From Octopus vulgaris (lineage: Eukaryota): DNA of 64,000 bases. Under the pieces are notes generated by a model. It worked only from the letters and a program-made list of their open reading frames with translations, was not told where the DNA came from and ran no database searches. This document shows positions 14,309-27,661 of the stretch, one piece after another; the stretch's first letter is position 1, and each line of letters begins with the position of its first letter. A program made the position numbers and the translations under genes. The stretch spans positions 128,278,001 through 128,342,000 of the forward strand of contig OX597819.1 of the NCBI GenBank assembly GCA_951406725.2, given 5' to 3'.

Positions 14309-14593
14309 TGTATATATATATATATATGTATGTTTGCATATATGTATGTATATATGTATATATATTTGTATATATGCATGTATATCTCTATGTAGACTCT
14401 GACACACACTAGCGCGCGCTAAGTCAGTTTCTATTTTATACGTAAATGCATATATATTCATGTACATTTATGGAAACGTTCAATGACACATACGGATATA
14501 TATATACATATATGCATGTATATATACATATGTGCATACATATATATATATAAATATATACATGTTTATGTATAAATATATATATATATATAA

Positions 14594-14650
<57 letters not shown>

Positions 14651-14812
14651 GTGAATGTACGTATACATTTTTATTCATTTTATCACTTCAGGTATGCGGT
14701 TACGTTTCACCTGGAGCATCAACTTGAATAAATATACCATACAAATAAAATACATATGAAAATATGTGTGTGTGCATGTATATATTGTCTATGTCAATGT
14801 ATTTGTGTGAGA

Positions 14813-14886
<74 letters not shown>

Positions 14887-15193
14887 ATAGAGAGAGAGAG
14901 AGAGAAATTTGTTAGTTAGTGTGCATCTGCTTGTCTTTGCATCCATGTTTTTCGCACATGCCCAATTTTACATATATTATATTTTTCATCACTTATATAG
15001 AAATGTTTATTATAAGCAGATATATATATGTATAATGAACAATATACCAAGCTTAATATATGCATGTAATATAAATATCTAAACATGTGTATATATGTAT
15101 GCTTGTACGCATGTATGTGTGTGAGGTGTGTGACTGTGTGTGTAAACATATATATATATATATAGATATATATATATATAGATAGATAGATAT

Positions 15194-15232
<39 letters not shown>

Positions 15233-15233
15233 T

Positions 15234-15303
<70 letters not shown>

Positions 15304-15372
15304 GAACCGCGTGTGTATCGTTGGCGATTTTTTTCCTCCGTCTTCCCTTCCTTGGATCGTTCCTTTCCCTAT

Positions 15373-15407
15373 GTTTCTGACGAAGAACTCCGCTCGAAAC
15401 GTTAAAT
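15373..15407 (+). ncRNA. Minimal type I hammerhead ribozyme
   Basis: gttt-CTGACGA-a-gaac tcc gctc-GAAA-cg-TT-aaat; palindromic AACGTT stem III; one mismatch in stem II. Confidence 0.6.
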
Positions 15408-15532
15408 CCTCCTTCTTTCTTTCCTTTCCTAAGCGTCCAATAAGACTATACTTGTTCCACGTCCTCGCGTTGTTGTGTTTTCTCTTTGGGTTTTTATGTT
15501 TGTATTAGCTACATATATATATATATATGTGT

Positions 15533-15920
15533 GTGTGGAAAGAAGCTTTATTCCCTGCGTCATGGTTCTGAGTTGAGTACCCTTGCAACGCACCTTGGGC
15601 AAATATTTTCTAGTATAGCCTAGGGCCGACCAAAACCTTGTGAATGTATTTGGTAGACGGAAACTGAAAGAAGCACGTCGTATGTATAGGTATATACATT
15701 CATGTGTGTTAGTTTTTTTGTGTCTGTATTTGCACCCCACCCCATTTCCACTTGACAACCGGTGTTGGTGTGTTTACGTCCCCGTAAATTAACGATTCGG
15801 CAAAACAGTCCAATAGAAAACGTACCAAGATTAAAACACAACTTCCGGGGTCGATTCATTCGACTAAGATTTCGAGGTATATGCCCTAGCATGACCGCAG
15901 TCTAAAGACTAAAACAGAGG
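15533..15920 (+). mobile_element. SINE family A (diverged)
   Basis: ccttgggcaa...ggtagacggaaactgaaagaagc...ggggtcgattcattcgactaa. Confidence 0.8.
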
Positions 15921-15991
15921 GAAAATAAATTATAAAATATAGTTGTGTGTGCGTGTCTGCGTGTCTGTGTGCGCGTGTGTGTTTGTGTACG

Positions 15992-16028
<37 letters not shown>

Positions 16029-16148
16029 CCTCAAAAACGAATACGAATGGCTTTTCTGATTTTTCCACTTAGATTATTATAAATCATTTATCGTTTCTAA
16101 TCATTGAAGTAATAAAAATCGTCAGAAAATCAGTCTTTTTCTCGCGCG

Positions 16149-16201
<53 letters not shown>

Positions 16202-16454
16202 ACATGAATACCGTTTCACCCATCGTTTACCCTTTACTTGTTTTAGCCATAGGGCTGCGGGCAAGCCGAGGGACCGCTCTGAAAAGTTTCGGTGTTTAAA
16301 TATATATACCCCGTATATATTTATTAGGTTGGTCAGTTGTGCTGAACCTCTGGGTTATAAAGACGTAAATAAACCAACTTCAGTTGTCAAGGTGCAGCCG
16401 GTGACAAATACAAAGGCACACACCTACACACACGCAAACACACACACGCACATG

Positions 16455-16499
<45 letters not shown>

Positions 16500-16594
16500 A
16501 ATTAGAGACAAAACCACTATTATGCAAATCAAACAAAGAAAGACTTAAGCCAATACATAAATAATTTATATGAATTAAAATTTAACAAATGAAT

Positions 16595-16646
16595 AACCAC
16601 TACGATCGTTTCGTGTCAGCACATCTTAGACATTCTTCAGGTGGTT
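16595..16646 (-). ncRNA. Type I hammerhead ribozyme
   Basis: Minus strand: aaccac-CTGAAGA-atgtc...gacac-GAAA-cgatcg-TA-gtggtt; 6-bp stem I, palindromic stem III; lies upstream of the pLTR segment shared with the 11164 palindrome. Confidence 0.75.
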
Positions 16647-17163
16647 TCTAAACCTTCTTAGCGAGTTTTAAACTATATGATATGTATGTATATACATATA
16701 TATACATATATTATGATATGTAAAAAAATACAAACTGTGACAAGAACGCATAACACTTAGAAGACGATACAACAAACACAGACAGGACATTCGAAGCCCT
16801 CAGTCTTCAGTCAAGAACCGCATCATCGTAGTAATTTCGACATATATATATATATATATATATACATACATATATATATATATTGTTATCGCCATATTAA
16901 TATGGCATTCTTATAGATATAAGAATAATCGCTGCCGCTGGTCAGCTCCATGAGGCCACCGCCATCAAGATAGCTATTGATACACGATCTGTATCCATTA
17001 TAACCTTCGAACAAGATACCACCATGCTGAAAATAGCAGCCATGATACCCTAATTTATAATTTTAATAATTATTACCTTTGAAGGTTATTTTTTCCTTGC
17101 TGGCCACTTGATAAAATCGTTATTTTACTTTTAAAATAAAGATCTTATCCTTATTTATATAAA

Positions 17164-17200
<37 letters not shown>

Positions 17201-17204
<4 letters not shown>

Positions 17205-17830
17205 CATTTCGGCTTACATATGTACTGCTCCCTAGTTAGTAGGGATCGATGTAATGGAATCGAATGCACTCCATAGTTCAGAAGAAACCTGCTCAGACCA
17301 CACAAAGTGCTTCAGTGTTATAGGATGCACATTTCGCTGATATGTGTGGCAACATCATCCTATAACACTCAACCACTTTATGTGGCCTGAGGATGTTTCT
17401 TCTGCACTATGGGTTTCATTCGATTCCATTACATCGGTCCCTACCCACAAGGGTGGCAGTGCAGAGGTAAGTCGAAACGATCGTTTTCCCTAGATATAGC
17501 TTCCAGTACACCCTGTCTTCTGTTTTAATCATTTAGAATACATTTAACGTGCACCGAGGAATTCCCTACGTACATCCAGCAACGGAAGTGCACTACTCCG
17601 GATGACGCCTGGTAGCCGCAAACAGTGAACGTAATCTGCGGGCACTGCACTATGGGTTTCATTCGATTCCATTACATCGGTCCCTACCCACAAGGGTGGT
17701 AGATGACGCCTGGTAGCCGCAAACAGTGAACGTAATCTGCGGGCACATTACAAAGAGACATTCCTCTAACAAGGTTTGGACTCTACACCTTAGAGTCTTC
17801 TACCTAAACTTTAATTTTAAATATAACTTT
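17201..17830 (+). mobile_element. Diverged fold-back element with hammerhead-like motif and internal duplications
   Basis: Inverted repeat ~17201-17326 / 17367-17483; CTGAGGA (17387) ... GAAAcgatcgTT (17474-17485); segments re-copied at 17645-17746. Confidence 0.55.
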
Positions 17831-17935
17831 TTTATATATATATAGGGAGAGTTTACGAAAAAAAACAAAAGACGAAGACAGGTGGTGTACAAAACAAACA
17901 GATTTATTAGTATAACGCTCAGGAATAGAAAAAGT

Positions 17936-17971
17936 CTTTTACGTTTCGAGCCCACGCTCTTCTACAGAAAG
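17936..17971 (-). ncRNA. Minimal hammerhead-like motif (CUGUAGA core) in PLE pLTR 17844-18100
   Basis: cttt-CTGTAGA-a-gagc gtgg gctc-GAAA-cg-TA-aaag; four copies in window. Confidence 0.55.
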
Positions 17972-18109
17972 GGACACAGAAAAAACAAGGAGAGAAAAAA
18001 ATGTGTGTAGTGGCTAACGATCTATCATGGCGACTGACTCGGACAGAAGGGTCAAGGAAAGACCAGAAAATACAGGAAAGTTTAGAAAGTAAAATTTTAA
18101 ATATAACTG

Positions 18110-18167
<58 letters not shown>

Positions 18168-18995
18168 TTGTGTGTGTGTGTATTTGTGTGTGTATGTATG
18201 TATCTATGTATCTGTGTGTGTGTCTGCGTGTGTGAGTATGCGTAAGTATATTTGTTTTTCCAGTCAATGAAGTATGACTCTGCTTGGGCAGCACCAAGAA
18301 GTGTTTACTTACATATATCGACCCGGTACTTATTGGAAGTCTGGTGCTTATTCTCTTTCTGCCAAAAAGTTAAGCTACCATGTCCTAAACAAACCAACGC
18401 TGGTTTTTCACAGAGTCTGAACACAAGCATAAGCACAGGCACGCGCTCACGAGTGTCTATAAACACACAAACAGACACGCACACGTACACACACACACGT
18501 ACACATATACATATATATATATAGAGAGAGAGATTAACAAATATAGATAGACACACACATATACGTATATGTATAGATAAATAAATCGATAGATATAAAC
18601 ACACACACGGACACACATTCACACACGGTCACACACACACACATACGCACACGCATCGCACACGCACACACAGACACACACACAAATACGACAAGCTTTC
18701 ATATAAGGCACCGATCGACTCGTAGTTGAACTGACCTTGGAACCATATGTTTGAGAACCAAAATTCGTAACCGAACGGCCATGTCTGCGCCATGCATACG
18801 TTGAAAATTTCATTCAAAAATAGTTCTCTTATCATAAACCAAGAGAATGCATACTTTCAAAATCCCACGATTACTTCCTTCTTATATAGTAACTATGATG
18901 TCGTCACAATTCTCCGCTTTGGAAGTAGGGAATTCTTTTTACTGCTTTTTTTTTTTCCTTTTCATAATTTTTTTTTATTTATATATATTACCTAT

Positions 18996-19397
18996 ATATA
19001 AGGGGCCAAACACAAAGGGCACAAACAAGGACAGACAAACGGATTAAATCGATTACATCGACCCCAGTGCGTAACTGGTACTTAATTTATCGACCCCGAA
19101 AGGATGAAAGGCAAAGTTGACCTCGGCGGAATTTGAACTCAGAACGTAGCGGCAGATGAAATACCTATTTCTTTACTACCCACAAGGGGCTAAACACAGA
19201 GAGGACAAACAAGGACAGACAAACGGATTCAGTCGATTACATCGACCCCAGTGCGTGACTGGTACTTAATTTATCGACCCCGAAAGGATGAAAGGCAAAG
19301 TCGACCTCGGCGGAATTTGAACTCAGAACGTAATGGTAGACGAAATACGGCTACGCATTTCGCCCGGCGTGCTAACGTTTCTGCCAGCTCGCCGCCC
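18996..19397 (-). mobile_element. SINE family B, one head plus two tandem bodies
   Basis: Reverse complement of family B; body repeated twice. Confidence 0.85.
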
Positions 19398-19415
19398 TTA
19401 TATTTTTTACATATA

Positions 19416-19832
19416 GGCGCAGGAGTGGTTGTGCAGTTATAATTTGCTTATCAACCACATGGTTCTAGGTACAGTCCCACTGCATGGCACCTTGTAGTGT
19501 CTGCTACTATAGCAACGGGCCGATCAAAGACTTGTGCGTTGATCTGGTCGACAGAAACTGAAAGAAACCGGTCGTATATATGTATGGGTGTGTGCGTGTA
19601 TCTATGTGTGTTTGTATTTGTGCCAGTGTTTGTCCTCTACTATTGCTTCACAACCGATGTTGGTGGGTTTATGTTCCCGTAACACAGCGGATCAACAAAA
19701 GAGATCGAAGGAATAAGTACCAGGCTTAAAAAGAAAAATATGTACTGGGGTCGATTCATTCGACCAAAAATCTTTCATGGTGGTGCCCCAGCATGGCCGC
19801 ACTCTAATGACTGAAACAAGTAAAAGATAAAG
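19416..19832 (+). mobile_element. SINE family A
   Basis: Starts ggcgcaggagtgg, ends tgactgaaacaagtaaaag. Confidence 0.83.
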
Positions 19833-19953
19833 AAAAATAAAGTATGAAACCTGTGTGGTTTGGCGTTAGCAAATCTAGGAGCGTACAAAGCGTTCGATAA
19901 TCATGAAGGAAGTTCTTCATGATGCTCTTATTGTCGTTGCTGCTGCTGCTGTT

Positions 19954-20287
19954 GAGCTCGCAAGATGGGAGAAGTCCGAAACGTGGTCCTTTGCTATTCG
20001 TAAGACCCACAGAAGAGAAAGCAGGTCAACACCCGACATCGAGAGCATCGACGGATGGATGAATGCGCATCCAGGCTCAGCGGTTGCGTAGGAAGTCGGG
20101 GACAAGAAACAGGAAGAAAGAGTGAGAGAAAGTTGGGGCGAAAGAGTACAACAGGGGTCGCCACCATCCCCTGCCGGAGACTCGTGGAGCTTTAGGTGCT
20201 TTCGCTCAATAAACACACTCAACGCCCGGTCTGAGAATCGAAACCGCGAGTCCGCTGCCCTAACCATTGGGCCATTGCGCCTCCACT
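19954..20287 (-). mobile_element. SINE family C (tRNA-Arg-like head)
   Basis: Reverse complement of 23746-24115. Confidence 0.85.
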
Positions 20288-20699
20288 TGCTGCTGCTGCT
20301 GCTGCGGTTGCTGCTCTTGCTCATCCCCACCTAACCCTGATCAAGCAGACCTTATAGGAGCTTTTTTTTTTTTGGTATACTTTCAGATTTTCTATTTAAG
20401 CAGTCAAGGCTTCCAAAGTCCACACAACATACAGTGATATGTTGTGAGGGAGATTTGACAGCTATTTCTGACAGGTTGAGAGAGTACATTGAGTTTTTTG
20501 TTGGTACGTTGAAGAGGTAAATTACATGAAGTGGATTCAACTGTAAAACGAAACCGTATACGTATGCTTTATGTGCCGCTTGTTTAACCCTGGCTGCTGC
20601 AGTGTTCACTGGAGTAGATTAACATGTGGTAAGTCCACGTTTTATAAATGTTGTTATATTCATGCATAAATTTATAGATCTGCATAACGAGTTTTATTA

Positions 20700-21920
20700 T
20701 GTTAAAGATTCTGATTATGTCTTCAATTTCCTTCTACACTTTGCGGTGGTTGAAAGGATAACATTTCACAGTTATGGCTGCTGAAATCAGAACATCTCAT
20801 TTTGTATATGTTGAAAAATTCGATTATATCTTCGAGTTCGTTAATTTGGAAAGCTTGCTGAAAGCCTGTCTCTCGAACATGCTTCAATATGTTAAAAATT
20901 TAGATTTTTTTTTTATTTCCTCCATAGTTGAGGTTGCTTAAAGCGTAACACTCAAACTTGTTTCATTAAGTTGTAAATTTTCTTCCATAGTTTGCAGTAG
21001 TAGCAACCGTAGCGCTCGAACTTTTTGACATTACTTTGAAGATCTCAACTATATCTTTGGTTTTCTTCCATTGATAAGGCTTTTTTAATTATTATATTTT
21101 GTAGTTAGGGTTGCTGAAAGCGTAACACTTCATTTTGTTGAGTATGTTAAAAATTTCGAAGTTCGCTTTGATCTCGCTGCGTGGTACCTTAGGCAAGTGT
21201 CTTCTATTATAGCACCAGGCCGACTAATGCCCTTTGAATGAATCTGGTAGAAGCCCATCGTATGTGTGTATGTGTGTACATGCGTAAGAATGTATATATT
21301 ATTTTATGTCAACACACCATCCGAGGCTCTGAATAAATTTGTCAATTTTTTGTTGTATTCGTAATTTAATGCATTTTCTTCCCGATATGCTTACATTTTC
21401 CGTTGTGTCACTTCAACATTCTGTTTATCTATGGTTGCAAAGACTCAACTTTTGGAGAGCAACTTAGTTTAACATATTTTGGGAAGGAGAAGCCCACGAA
21501 TTACATTTGTTATTTCGGCACAATAAGGTGGTGAGCCGGGAAAATTGTTAGCACGCTGGCAAAATTGTTTAGCAGGATTTTGTCTGTCTTTACATGTATT
21601 CGAGTTTATTTCGCCAACAACACCAACTACTGTTGATTTGTATACATCACCGGAAATAAACTTCAGCAAAAGAGACGCGAGAATGAATAAGTGTTGTGGT
21701 TAATTTATTCGACTAACCCTGTAAGACAGTACTCCACCATGGCCTCACTTAAATGACTGGAAAAAGTAAACAAGTAAAAGAGCCACGTCTCTGAGTTCGT
21801 TCCGTAGCAATGCTTGTTGAAAGCGTGACACTCGAACACGCTTCATTACATTAAAAATTTAGATTGTATCTTAGATTTCGCCCTGACGTTAAGTCCGTTG
21901 AAAGCATAATGCTCAAACAT
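20700..21920. repeat. Degenerate ~77-81-bp minisatellite interrupted by SINE fragments
   Basis: Motif (g)ttgctgaaagcgtaacactcgaac...atgttaaaaatttagatt recurs near 20781, 20858, 20937, 21114, 21817 and 21898. Confidence 0.6.
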
Positions 21921-22138
21921 AGACTGTGGCAAGCAGATTCATATTACACATTCTTAAGAATAGGATGTTATGATCAATTGTAGACTGGAAATTGTAAAAT
22001 AGATAAATATTCAGAATTATATATAACTTATGTTAACTGTATTTCCATTTTATTGTGCGGATGAGAGCGTAGATTTCCCACACTCTGGATGTGATTTTGT
22101 CCATCATATATAGCATTCTTCACTGTACAATGTAACCT

Positions 22139-22370
22139 ATTTCTTTACTACCCACAAGGGGCTACACACAGAGAGGACAAACAAGCACAGACAAACGGAT
22201 TAAGTCGATTACATCGACCCCAGTGACGCACTGGTACTTAATTTATCGACCGCGAAAGGATGAAAGGCAAAGTCGACCTCGGCGGAATTTGAACTCAGAA
22301 CGTAGCGGCGGACGAAATACCCCTAAGCAGTTCGCCCGGCGTGCTAACGTTTCTGCCAGCTCGCCGCCTT
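22139..22370 (-). mobile_element. SINE family B with TSD
   Basis: Flanked by direct repeat cactgtacaatgtaacc (~22122 and ~22378). Confidence 0.88.
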
Positions 22371-22801
22371 AAATGTACACTGTACAATGTAACCGTTACT
22401 GTATCGCATCTAGCATTATAATTCAGTGAAATGTCAGTCCGCTCCCCCCCTCCACCCCGAGTTTTGAGTTTTCCTTGCTTTGAATAAACAAGACAATCGA
22501 GCCAACTAGAAAGCATCGACTGGTGTCCTAGAAATAATAGTCAAATCTCCCTCAAAGTAAAACCTGCCGTCTTAGAAAGTGACAAGTTCGTTAATGTGCA
22601 ACTTAGTTCACTACACATAGAAAAAGGGGTATGACGGTCACGGCTGGATTACTTGAGATTATTGGGATGACCGATCAGAAGTGACCACGCTCTAAATATT
22701 ATCATCAACAAGAACATGTCAGCCAATGAGCTCAACTTGCTACAAATAATAGTCAAGTACCATTTAAATTCAACCCCACCTCACCCCACTTACATACACA
22801 C

Positions 22802-22858
<57 letters not shown>

Positions 22859-23197
22859 GAGGGAAACTACTATGTGGACACCCTTATGCTAGAAATAGAT
22901 CCGCTATGGTCTTTCTCTCTAATATGTATATAATACAAATTTACTGAACCTTCAGTTTTTTAATATGCTAGACCACTGGTGTGAAATCAGCCCTGACTTA
23001 TAAATTGTTTATAAATTTAACCTTTAAAGGTATTTTTTAATATGCTGGCCATTGATATAATTTTTTTCGAAAAATTCCATCCTATATTAGATATATATAT
23101 ATATACTGTATATTGTACATATATGCAAAAGCCTATCTTGTATCCTACCTAAAGTATATACACCATTGACAGGTATGATGCTGCAAATATAAGCATA

Positions 23198-23518
23198 AGG
23201 GGAGCACTCCGTCGGTTACGACGAGGGTCCCAGCTGATATGATTAACGGAACAGCTTGCTCGTAAAATTAACGTGCAAGTGGCTGAGCACTCCACAGACA
23301 CGTGTACCCTTAACGTAGTTCGCAAGGAGATTCGGCGTGACACAGAGTGTGACAAGGCCGGCCCTTTGAAATACAGGTACTACACATTTTTGCCTGCTGA
23401 GTGGATTGGAGCAACGGGAAATAAAGTGTCTTGCTAAAGGACACAACGCGTCGCCGTGAATCGAACTCACAAACTTACGATCATGAGCCGAATGCCCTAA
23501 CCACGAGGCCATGTGCCC
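23198..23518 (-). mobile_element. SINE family D (tRNA head)
   Basis: Minus strand: ggcacatggcctcgtggttaggg...gagttcgattc (A/B boxes) followed by gtgtcctttagcaagacactttatttc. Confidence 0.7.
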
Positions 23519-23547
23519 TCACATACATATAAGCATATATATGTAAG

Positions 23548-23702
<155 letters not shown>

Positions 23703-23745
23703 CAGCGACGGCAGCCATATCACCATCGGCAATAGCAGCAGCAAG

Positions 23746-24115
23746 TGAAGGTGCAATGGCCCAATGGTTAGGGCAGCGGACTCGCGGTCGGAGGATCGTG
23801 GTTTCGATTCCCTGACCGAGCATTGTGTGTGTTTATTGAGCGAAAACACCTAAAGTTCCACCAGGCTCCGGGAGGGGGTGGTGGCGCCCCCTGTTGTACT
23901 CTTTCGCACCAACTTTCTCTCACTCTTTCTTCCTGTTTCTTGTCCCCGACTTCCTCCGCAACCGCTGAGTCTGGATGCGCATTCATCCATCCGTCGATGC
24001 TCTCGGTGTCGGGGGTTGACCTGCTTTCTCTTCAGCGGGTCTTACGAATAGCAAAGGACCACGTTTCGGACTTCTCCCATCTTGCGAGCTCTGGCACGAA
24101 GACCGTTCGCTCAAG
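23746..24115 (+). mobile_element. SINE family C (tRNA-Arg-like head)
   Basis: tggcccaatggttagggcagcggactcgcggtc...ggtttcgattccc A/B boxes; multiple copies in window. Confidence 0.85.
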
Positions 24116-24282
24116 AAGGCGGCAGTGATGGCAGCCATATCACCATCGGCAACAGCAGCAGCAACTACGGCGGGGATGACAACTGCAAGGGCATCAACTA
24201 CAGCGATATCGCCAGAACCACGTCCCGTAAAACAACACTGATGACAGCTCCAACGGCGACAACTTCAGGCCCATAGTCAACA

Positions 24283-24650
24283 CAAGATATACAAGAGGCG
24301 TGAACATAACCGGCACCAAAGTTCGGAGATACGACGGGTTGACCGGGACTGTCTATAATCGGCGCCTGTACATCCTCCTTTATTATTCCGGAAAGACGTT
24401 ATCTCAAGTCCCTGGCCAGCCACGTGTGGGGCCTCGAGGATGAGGAAAATCCATACGAAATTAAATGGAAGATCATAGAGCAACCGCAGTCCTATATAAA
24501 CGTGAGCAGAAGATACAAAAGCGGGCAAGGATCCTTAAAGACTCGCTGGAACCGGATCCTCTCTTAAACTCAAAACATGAGATCAGTTGCCTTTGCCTCC
24601 ATTCCAGACACTACCTACTGCAGGTGTGGGATTCCCGGTTCATCGATTAG
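24283..24650 (+). pseudogene. Decayed GIY-YIG endonuclease of a Naiad-type PLE
   Basis: Frameshifted peptides KIY...RRYDGLT, SLASHVWGLEDEENPYEIKWKII..SY and LLNSKHEISCLCLHSRHYLL parallel the 35262-35624 endonuclease. Confidence 0.65.
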
Positions 24651-24883
24651 AGCTGGGAAAAGTTTTTGCACACTGGAAACAGCATATGAGCGTAGGTTCC
24701 TTGATCGCTAGGTGATTTATGGATGAGAAATCATTGGTGGTTTAGGTAGTATGTGAATGATGATCATTGTGTTACGACCGGACATATTTCAATGCTTGTA
24801 AATTCATTACTGTTCAATTCTTTAGACTGTGCTTCATTTTTGAACACATGATCCACTGACGATATATATATACATACATAAAT

Positions 24884-24950
<67 letters not shown>

Positions 24951-25000
24951 CACATACATACAAACAATTGCATATACATACATTCATTTTATATATATAT

Positions 25001-25087
<87 letters not shown>

Positions 25088-25121
25088 CACATACATACAA
25101 ACAATTGCATATACATACATT

Positions 25122-25233
<112 letters not shown>

Positions 25234-25336
25234 GAAAAGAAATGGAGCCACAATTAACAATTAGAAGTTGGTCATTGATATTAAAAGATCATAGATTAAT
25301 TGTAGTTCAAGAACATTTACAGCTGAAAGAAATAAA

Positions 25337-25526
25337 GAAAAAAGGATAAATTTCGTTAAGTCTTAAGGCTTACATTTTTGTACCCTTTTTGAGTTCCACG
25401 TGTGTGTACGTTTCTTTCCCCACTTATTGCTCCATTCATCTAATTGAAGAAACGCACAATCACGTGGAACCCAAAAAGGGCATAAAAATGTAAGCCTAAA
25501 GACTTAACAAACTTTTTCCTTTTTTC
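25337..25526. repeat. Diverged inverted repeat
   Basis: 25337-25416 / 25447-25526. Confidence 0.7.
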
Positions 25527-25619
25527 GTTTTTCTTTTCATTTCCCTTTTTCTCCTATCTATATTCTTCTAATAAACTCCAAATCATTCCGACGATATTTG
25601 TTAAATCGAACGAGATAAA

Positions 25620-26585
25620 TGCATACATATATAGTTAAAGTAGGCAGCGGTATGTAACGCTCGGGAAGGGAAAAAGTCTTTAACGTTTCGAGCCTACGCT
25701 GTTCTACAGAAAGGAACACAGAAAGAAAGGAAAGAAAATAAAGAATGTGTAGTGGTTAGCGATCTATCGTGGCGAAGGCCGGACAGAAGGGTCACGCAGG
25801 AGAGCTAGGGAGAAGGGGAGATAACAGAGTGATGGTGATCCCAAAACGAAGGTGCGCATGCGCGTTTATAAGAGTGTCTGTATGAATCGATTATCTTTAT
25901 CTTTAAGGTCCCAAATATATTTACTTAATCTAGTCGAGTTAATCTTTCTGTTTCGGAAAGAGTGTTGGTGTGCGGCTAGTCTTCGTTTCATTACATTTTT
26001 GGTAGTTCCTATGTATATCTTTTTACTAAACTGTGTTGTGATTGTGGACAGGTAAATTGCATCTTTTCTTTTATAACTATTTCCAAGGGAGCAATTATCT
26101 TTATTTCTATAGTCACATAGGTTGTGCTGGGTGGGGGAGGGAGAATTACTTACTAGTAAGTTGGCGCTAGGCGTATTAAGATTGATAGGGTTATTATGGT
26201 TCTGAGTGTTATCGTTACTAAGTTTCGGGTGGTTATTATTTTTCTTACTATTACTGTTATTATTGTTATTGTTACTTCTATCTAAATAGAAAATTACTAG
26301 TGTTTTTAGGGAGGAAATTATGCTAGCTAAGTTATACGTGAGACTATAACCTATCTTTATTACTTAACTATTAATAATTTCCGAATACTTGGTATTCTTA
26401 TCAGAGCACTTATTTATAATTTTAAATATTGATTTAGCTAAGTCCGTTTTAATTTGCATAGCATATGGGAGTATAAGCCAATTAATGTATTTTGCTCTTT
26501 CGGTTATCTTGCCGAACGACACATTTTATCGCTCCTAGAGTGATGCATGTGGTGTATATATTTATAAAACTAATCTTATTATCTA
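25620..26585 (-). mobile_element. Naiad-type PLE relic: RT thumb, Cys linker, GIY-YIG, pLTR with hammerhead
   Basis: Minus-strand peptides WLILPYAMQIKTDLAKSIFKII...IKIGYSLTYNLASIISS (~26480-26305), LCDYRNKDNCSL, and AIYLSTITTQFSKKIYIGTTKNVMKRRLAAHQHSFRN..STRLSKYIWDLKDK (26060-25878); hammerhead-like motif at 25678-25713. Confidence 0.8.
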
Positions 26586-26685
26586 AGCTATATGTATATG
26601 TGTGTGTATGCATATATATATGTATAAATGTGTATATACATGTATATGTATATATGTATATGTATTTATATATACATATATATCA

Positions 26686-26720
<35 letters not shown>

Positions 26721-26725
<5 letters not shown>

Positions 26726-26849
26726 CAAAAGCAGCAGAAAATTCAACAAAACCTGTTACTCTGAGTTTCACTTCCCGTTCGTAGTTTTTGCTAGAACGTG
26801 AAACTCAGAGTAACAGGTTTTGTTGAATTTTCTGCTGCTTTTGAATAAA

Positions 26850-26852
<3 letters not shown>
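26721..26852 (+). mobile_element. Short fold-back element with 3' half of a hammerhead
   Basis: Perfect inverted repeat 26721-26771 / 26798-26848 in (TA)n; GAAActcagagTA has the same stem III as the 35817 ribozyme. Confidence 0.7.
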
Positions 26853-26915
<63 letters not shown>

Positions 26916-26950
26916 ATGTATATGTATGCATATATATATTTATGCATGTA

Positions 26951-27006
<56 letters not shown>

Positions 27007-27039
27007 TATATGCTTGTACGTATGCATATATATATGTGG

Positions 27040-27661
27040 GGTTGCCATCATTCCTCTTTTCTCAAACTTTGTGCGGTCACACCTCGAATACTGCTGCTCG
27101 CTGTGGTCTGCCATACAAAACAAATCATCTCGAAAATCGAATCACCCCAGAGGTCATTAACTAAAAGAATTAAAAGAATAATGACTGATCTCAATTATTG
27201 GAACCACGTTAAAACTTTGAAACTCTAATCTCTCCAGCGCCGCTATGAACGATCCATCATTTGCACGATGAGGAGAATATACCGCCAGCATTGCCCAAAC
27301 GACCTCAACATTAGCTTTAAAATTCATCCAGGGCTAGGACCACGGATCATACGTCCCCAACCTAATTCAGGATCACAACATATAAATACACTGCAACACA
27401 ATTTCTTTTCCTTAACAGGCCCTGCCCTATTTAACATTGTCCCGAAACAGATCAAAGAGGAAAAGGATCCCATTACCTTTAAATGGAATCTGGACAAATT
27501 TCTTCGACTCACTCAACAAGCACTCCCTGCTCGAATGGACCATGGTACCACAAAACTTGACTTTAAAAGTATTTAGCTAATCCTATCAGATGATGCTATT
27601 AGATATAGCCTGGACCGGTCTTTGGTCGAAGCATATCTAAGTTATCTACTTTATCTAAGTT
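27040..27661 (+). mobile_element. 5'-truncated CR1-group LINE (RT C-terminus, pseudogenised)
   Basis: [30 protein letters not shown]....LKL*SLQRR, FFSLTGPALFNIVPKQIK...FKWNLDKFL; short tandem 3' tail (atctaagtt). Confidence 0.8.

Noticed and set aside
20500-20635. Possible exon ending at gtaagt (20628)
   Set aside because: No convincing open frame or acceptor.
20700-21180. C2H2 zinc-finger array hypothesis for the ~79-bp repeat
   Set aside because: Period is not 84 bp and I found no CxxC/HxxxH pattern in the frames I read.
23746-23825. tRNA gene-like sequences (also 33194, 23440-23518, 52490-52561)
   Set aside because: They are SINE heads continuing into shared bodies; no proper acceptor stem.
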